From Ramazzottius varieornatus (Eukaryota > Animalia > Tardigrada), in the NCBI GenBank assembly GCA_001949185.1, contig BDGG01000001.1, forward strand, positions 3,489,324 to 3,553,323: a DNA stretch of 64,000 bases, given 5' to 3'. Below the pieces are notes generated by a model. That model had not been told where the DNA came from. It searched no databases and saw only the letters and a program-made list of their open reading frames with translations. Made by a program: the position numbers and the translations under genes. Each line of letters starts with the position of its first letter. The stretch's first letter is position 1. This document shows, piece by piece, positions 58,701 through 64,000 of this stretch.

Positions 58701-61700
58701 CGGACATTGAGACGCGGCTCTAAAGTGTTCACTCCTCTTCAAGTGTCGGTATATCGGAAAAGTAGACGGGGGAATGGCAGGTCATAACTATGTTGACAAA
58801 ATACCCATGTTTCCTACCTGGCCCAACTGACACGGCGGTCAGTAGTGTTATGGTCAGCCGAGTGCCGAAATGGGTTATCGGATATCACCATATGCCCCAC
58901 TAGACCTTCTCCTTTTTCTATCTCGTTCGGCCACTTTTTAGGCTAGCACAGGTTGCTTTCGACAATTGCACCAACTGGTGCTGGTTCAATGGAGCTTCTC
59001 TCCTTGGAGGCTCGGAATAATAAGAGCCCAGCTGCAGATTAATTATCGGCCATATCGCAGCTTTGGGTGTTAAATAGCTGCCATCTGACCCGATGTCCGC
59101 ATTTTGTCCGGCGATTTGTTTAATCAGTGCAACGTTCACGAAACTGCTCCATCAGTAACATGGGACGTGCGCAAATGGGTCGAACCAGATCATTTTCCCA
59201 AGTGGCCCACATTTCCACTGTTGTCGGCTGGGGGAGTGCGCCACTTGTGGTTCAAATGATTTGCTCACGCCTACTACACGTCCATGCAAAGCCCCTCTCT
59301 TTAGGGAGGTATAACTTGCAACTTGCCTTCAGGGATGAATCTGAAAAATGACCTCTGTGAGCTCCTGAACGCGGTAACGCTTCCGGGTCCAAAATCCCTT
59401 TCAGATCGTTACGAAAAGACTTTTATATGAGCATTCTTAGCGGTGACTTTTCTGTACCTTCTTGGCTCCCATCAAAAGGGACACCATGTGTGGTGTAAAG
59501 TGTGAAACATGTCAAAAATTGATTTACTGCCTGATTGACTGTAATGCATCTTCTGTTGCAAGTGTTTGCAGGTGTGAGCCCGAGCGCTAATAAATCGATG
59601 GTTCCGAACAAAGAAAGCTTACAGATGGCTGCCGTACAGCGTAAAGTACTTAGTGACAAATCATAAAGATATTAAAAGCTTCGAGTAAAATTTGAACTGG
59701 AGCCATTTGTCACCCGAATATGACAAGCCGGAAAAATGGGCAATATTAGTGTAAAATGCGGAGAGTGAAATTTAAAATTAGGCATTCAGTGAAACTGGTT
59801 CGTTTCAAGTTGTTCTTTGCCAATGTTCCACATTGAAAGTCATCTTTCCTTGAGCGGATGGGTAGTTTTGATTATCTTAGCGAGAGTACCGTAAAGAGTG
59901 GCGGTAGCGGGAATGACGAAAACTGGTTTATGTTTTACTTTACAGTGTTTGCGTATTGACGGTGGCAAACGAGCTGTGTTATTTTAATGGGTCATTCGTG
60001 TTAGTACTGAAAGTCAGTAGCAATTGAGGGTCGACGAAAGGCACTGTACTTACATCAAGAGATTGTGCCGGCTTTGTTTTTCCCATCCCCTCGAATTACT
60101 TCAAATCGAGCGTTCTTTCAAGGAACGAGGAACTAGCCAGAGGACTCGACTTAGAAGAATTAGGTCGATAAGCTTGTCCGAGATGGACTCTTCGAAATCA
60201 GCCAAGTGACGTTTATGAAGAGAGCTTGTTCCGTGATTGACTGGAAGCCAAAGACGGACTAGTCATGGATAAAAACTTGACAGCCATTGTGCTAAAGTGG
60301 GATACCGGCAAACAAAATAACCTCCACTTTGCGGTATGAGCCTACATATACATGCATCGTAGCGTCTTTCATCAACATGCATACTGACTGGTGTGCAGTC
60401 ATCATTATGAATTTGTACGCAGATGAATGAAAAGCTTTACATTTTAGGCTAGCTTAGAAGCGGATGGTCTGCTGGACAGTTGTTCCAGGAGTGAATCTAC
60501 TTTACACTGTCGTGCGACATTCTGCTCCACTTTAGAGTCCTGAGGGAAGGGATATTGACACGATAGGAGGGAATTTTCCTCGTCAGCCAAGCGCGACATC
60601 TCGTAGTGTAATCAAGCGAACATAATGTTGCAGTTCTGCGCATGGAAGTGGGTTTGTCAGAGCACTTGGCGGGGAACAAACCGACGGCACAGCATGCCGC
60701 ATTGTTCCTCCCCACTGCGTCCCTCTTCCGAAATTGCGGAACAGAGGACAAGCGCCGAACATTAACTTCATCCTCATAAGAGATGCATGGGAGAAGTTGC
60801 GAGCCGGACGGCAGAGTTTGTCCAGCATGTCGGACGCAGACATCTGTCACTAATTGGGATAAACCGGCAAACAGTTTTGCTTTATATCGATACGCGCTAT
60901 CATCAAAAAGCAATAAGAAAAAGTAAGATGAAAAATTGCTGAATGAAAAATACTCCGACAGAAGTCTCCTGAAGTCATCACGAGAGGTGCACACGTGGGA
61001 AAAATAATCTGGGTCGAATAATCAATTTTCATGAAGGTGCATACAGTGCCATGAATTTTCATGAAGAGACGCAGTGTCACATGTGTCTCTTGCTTTCATC
61101 TTCTGAGACAGTAATGACTTTCCTTTCGGGATATTCATAACAAAACATGATACTCGTCGACAGAGATAGGGATGACCCGGTTTTTTTTCTGGTAGCTGGT
61201 GTATTGTGCTTTCGGTACAACAGCTACCGGTGTGCCATTTGGCCCGTTCCGGCTGGAGGGAATGGTACAAGGGGTGTGGATGGAAGAAAAGAATAACAAT
61301 GGCGGTGAATTTACGATGCATGTGCCTCTCGTTAGCCGACAATTTTGCAGGTTATTTGGGTTGACGTAGGCGGGGACGTTGGGGGACTGGCAAGGTTCTT
61401 TGATGTGTACTTATGGACTGTCAATGGCTATTTAATTGTGGTAATCAAGCACGCAGCGCCTGTAAAAGCCTCCCTGCACATCGACCCAAATCCCGTCCAG
61501 CTTTCCAGCCGAGCTTAGAGTGCCTCAACAATCTGTGGGTTTTTGATTGCTCCAAGAGTCTTGAGTATGTCTGTAAGGAAGCAGCAGCCACGCTGCTCCG
61601 GAAAACCCTGTTGACAAAGTGTGTCATTTCCTTCAAGAGCCTTGTAAACTTCGAGATGTTCGTTCGTGCTTCAGATGAAATCCGAAGATAAACACACTGT

Positions 61701-64000
61701 ACCTCGTCACGTTGGCGCGTTTTCGCGGTGGATATACGACAAAGTGCGCCACGTTGTCTTTTGCAGATTTTCGGCCATCCTTATCGGTTGGCATGGAGAG
61801 TTAGAATCAAACCAACCAGTGTGTCTGTAGGATGAATCGCCGGAAGTCGAGACCCCACAGTGGACGGTGCCTGGTTCTCACATGACCGCGCCCAGTACAA
61901 CAGCCGGACATAGGTCTGGAATCGCTGGACATGCGTCGTGCATGCTCTGCTCGAGCGACCGGAAGTGAAATCGGGCTACCGCTCGATTTGGGAGTAGCTA
62001 TTACTGAGCTTTAGTTTCCAAGTATCGATCGAACAGAGACTGATACAATTGGTGCGGTGTGTCGGTGATGGGAATTTTTGGTCAGCGTCTACCTGAATGA
62101 TGATCGTGTAATCGGTTCATTCGGTTGTACAGATAGGTGAGCGTGCGTGCAGGTGGACGACGGTTAAAGACTGGACCATTCAAGCTGTCCATCAAACAGC
62201 TCGGATTCCAGAAACGTGTCGATGAGAGTTGTCGGGATTATGGATGGTCCGAGTGGTCGGTACTAAGTCGCTTCCTTGGCCTCTGGTCTATTTTTAGGTT
62301 TTCCGTTGAGTCAGCCAATCAGCACGTCAACGTAAACAATAAAGAAACAAAGGAGTGAAAATCTTACAAAATTTTAAAATTTTCGCGTGGATGAATTCCT
62401 GTTTGATAATGGGGACAAGGGAAAATATCGCGGGAGAAAGGAGAGCGTATGTTTGGGGATTTGGTGTGATGGAGAGGTGGGCAAGGGTCATGGCTTCACT
62501 CGTCGATATGATCCCAGATACGGCTGCCTGGCGATTACGAGTACTCGTTTGTGTATTCGGGATATGTGTCGATGGTAGATTAAAATCGATCGGTTTAATA
62601 TTCTCCTTATTTTGCCTTCTATGTCGTGGCTGGTCTGGATGACGGCTTATAACAGGGAACTGATCTAATCAGTGGCCGATTCTGGATACATGTCGGGCGA
62701 TGATATTTCCACTGGACTTTCCGGTCAACTGAACATGCAGGGACTTTGAGTAATGGAGAACGCAGTACAGCGTTATAATTGAAGTAATCAGGCAGGGATA
62801 ATACAACTAATAGCCGACATCAGAGAACTACCCCAAAGATCAAATGGAACTTCATTTATCTTCGCTTAATCTCTCTCCTTCATAAATGGCGCCATGGCAG
62901 CTTTTCCCTTTGAACTTGGAAATATTACTCTTCTAGATCCGATTTGAATCCAAGGCCACATCGCTAGTCAAAGGGTTGACCTTCTTTTGAAACACATCGA
63001 AGTCCGCGACCGAAAGGCATGTTTGTTCGGAAAATATATGCGTGTAATGATGCGATTTGCCAGCGAGAAGACCTCTTTAGCCTTTTTTGTCTAGCGGAAG
63101 TGTCGTGTTTTTCTGCATGATCGCTCCTTGACAGCTCGCTTTAGCAAACATCCCCCCGCGCGTCCCTCACGGTCCCTGGATTGCATGCTGCAATGAACAG
63201 CAGCTGATCTTTCTCGTCAGCACATTGACTTGAACTGCCTGACTTACCTTTTTAGACACGCTAGCTTACTCAGTCTGGAGTTTAGAATGCTGGAAGATAA
63301 CTGAGCTAATCTCGTGTTATCGTTGTTCGTCAGTCGTGACTGAACATGCCAGTCACTCTTGGCACAGTGGCGCCGCTTTAGGTTACCGCCGTAAAAACCA
63401 GTGTCCATCCACATTTCGTTCGTTTGGCGAGTACCTTCATTTCTATTCGTAAGCCACACAACACACTATACGTCAGTTCGGAACGCGCTTGTTAGTCACG
63501 AACAATGACGATCTGATGTTTTCGAGGCCTTGAAAGTCACTCCTCGATCTGATTGTCCAGTAGCGACTCTAACGACGCCAAACCACATTGGTGATCCGTA
63601 CGCAGAGATTGAAGAAGAAAGGGGGTGATAGCTCAGTTGAGGAACTAGATTGTGATATGGACCTGCAAAGTCAATCACTGAGAATCGCGTGGGAGGAAAT
63701 TGATTTTTCTCTCATATGTGTCAAGTCAGTTGCAACTGCTGTTGAGAAAATCCACTTGAAAATGCGCAGGTGGTTGCTAGTCCAGACATTGGGGCAATAT
63801 CTGCTCGATCTGTCAGAGGTTATTATGGTGAAATTCGATCGGTCATTTATGACGTAAATAAATATCACTTGTGCCACTTTAGCCAGCTAGCCGCCATGTT
63901 GTTTTGATACAGTTCAAGTATCCCATTACCTCATTGGTTTATTTTCCCGAAAATATTTGACGCTTCTAGACAAAAGACTTTTCCGATGGATGGGCACACT

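Overview
This is gene-dense eukaryotic (metazoan) genomic DNA with many short GT-AG introns of about 50-130 nt and moderate GC. The compact architecture suggests a small invertebrate genome such as a tardigrade, but that is inference only. Genes in order: P4-ATPase flippase ATP8A-like (-, runs off the left edge); an 80-aa orphan secreted peptide (-); SORL1/SorLA (+); an SIK/MARK-like AMPK-related kinase (+); a 172-aa secreted G/P/Y-rich orphan (+); NCAM/Fasciclin II (+, 10.8-kb first intron); GALT (-); XBP1 (+); an orphan basic protein (-); a POLQ-type helicase that stops before any polymerase domain (-); and a 579-aa secreted protein with a D/Y/W-rich tail (-). From 56 kb to 64 kb I find no supportable gene. 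The most notable observations are: (1) an apparently split DNA polymerase theta, helicase only; (2) a complete IRE1-type 23-nt unconventional intron in XBP1, with dual-frame coding and a pausing-like motif; (3) a kinase whose LKB1-target Thr is replaced by Glu; (4) a dispersed hairpin element with at least 10 copies and an almost invariant 31-nt spacer; (5) several MITEs, one nested in another palindrome. All gene models were assembled by eye and need RNA-seq confirmation.
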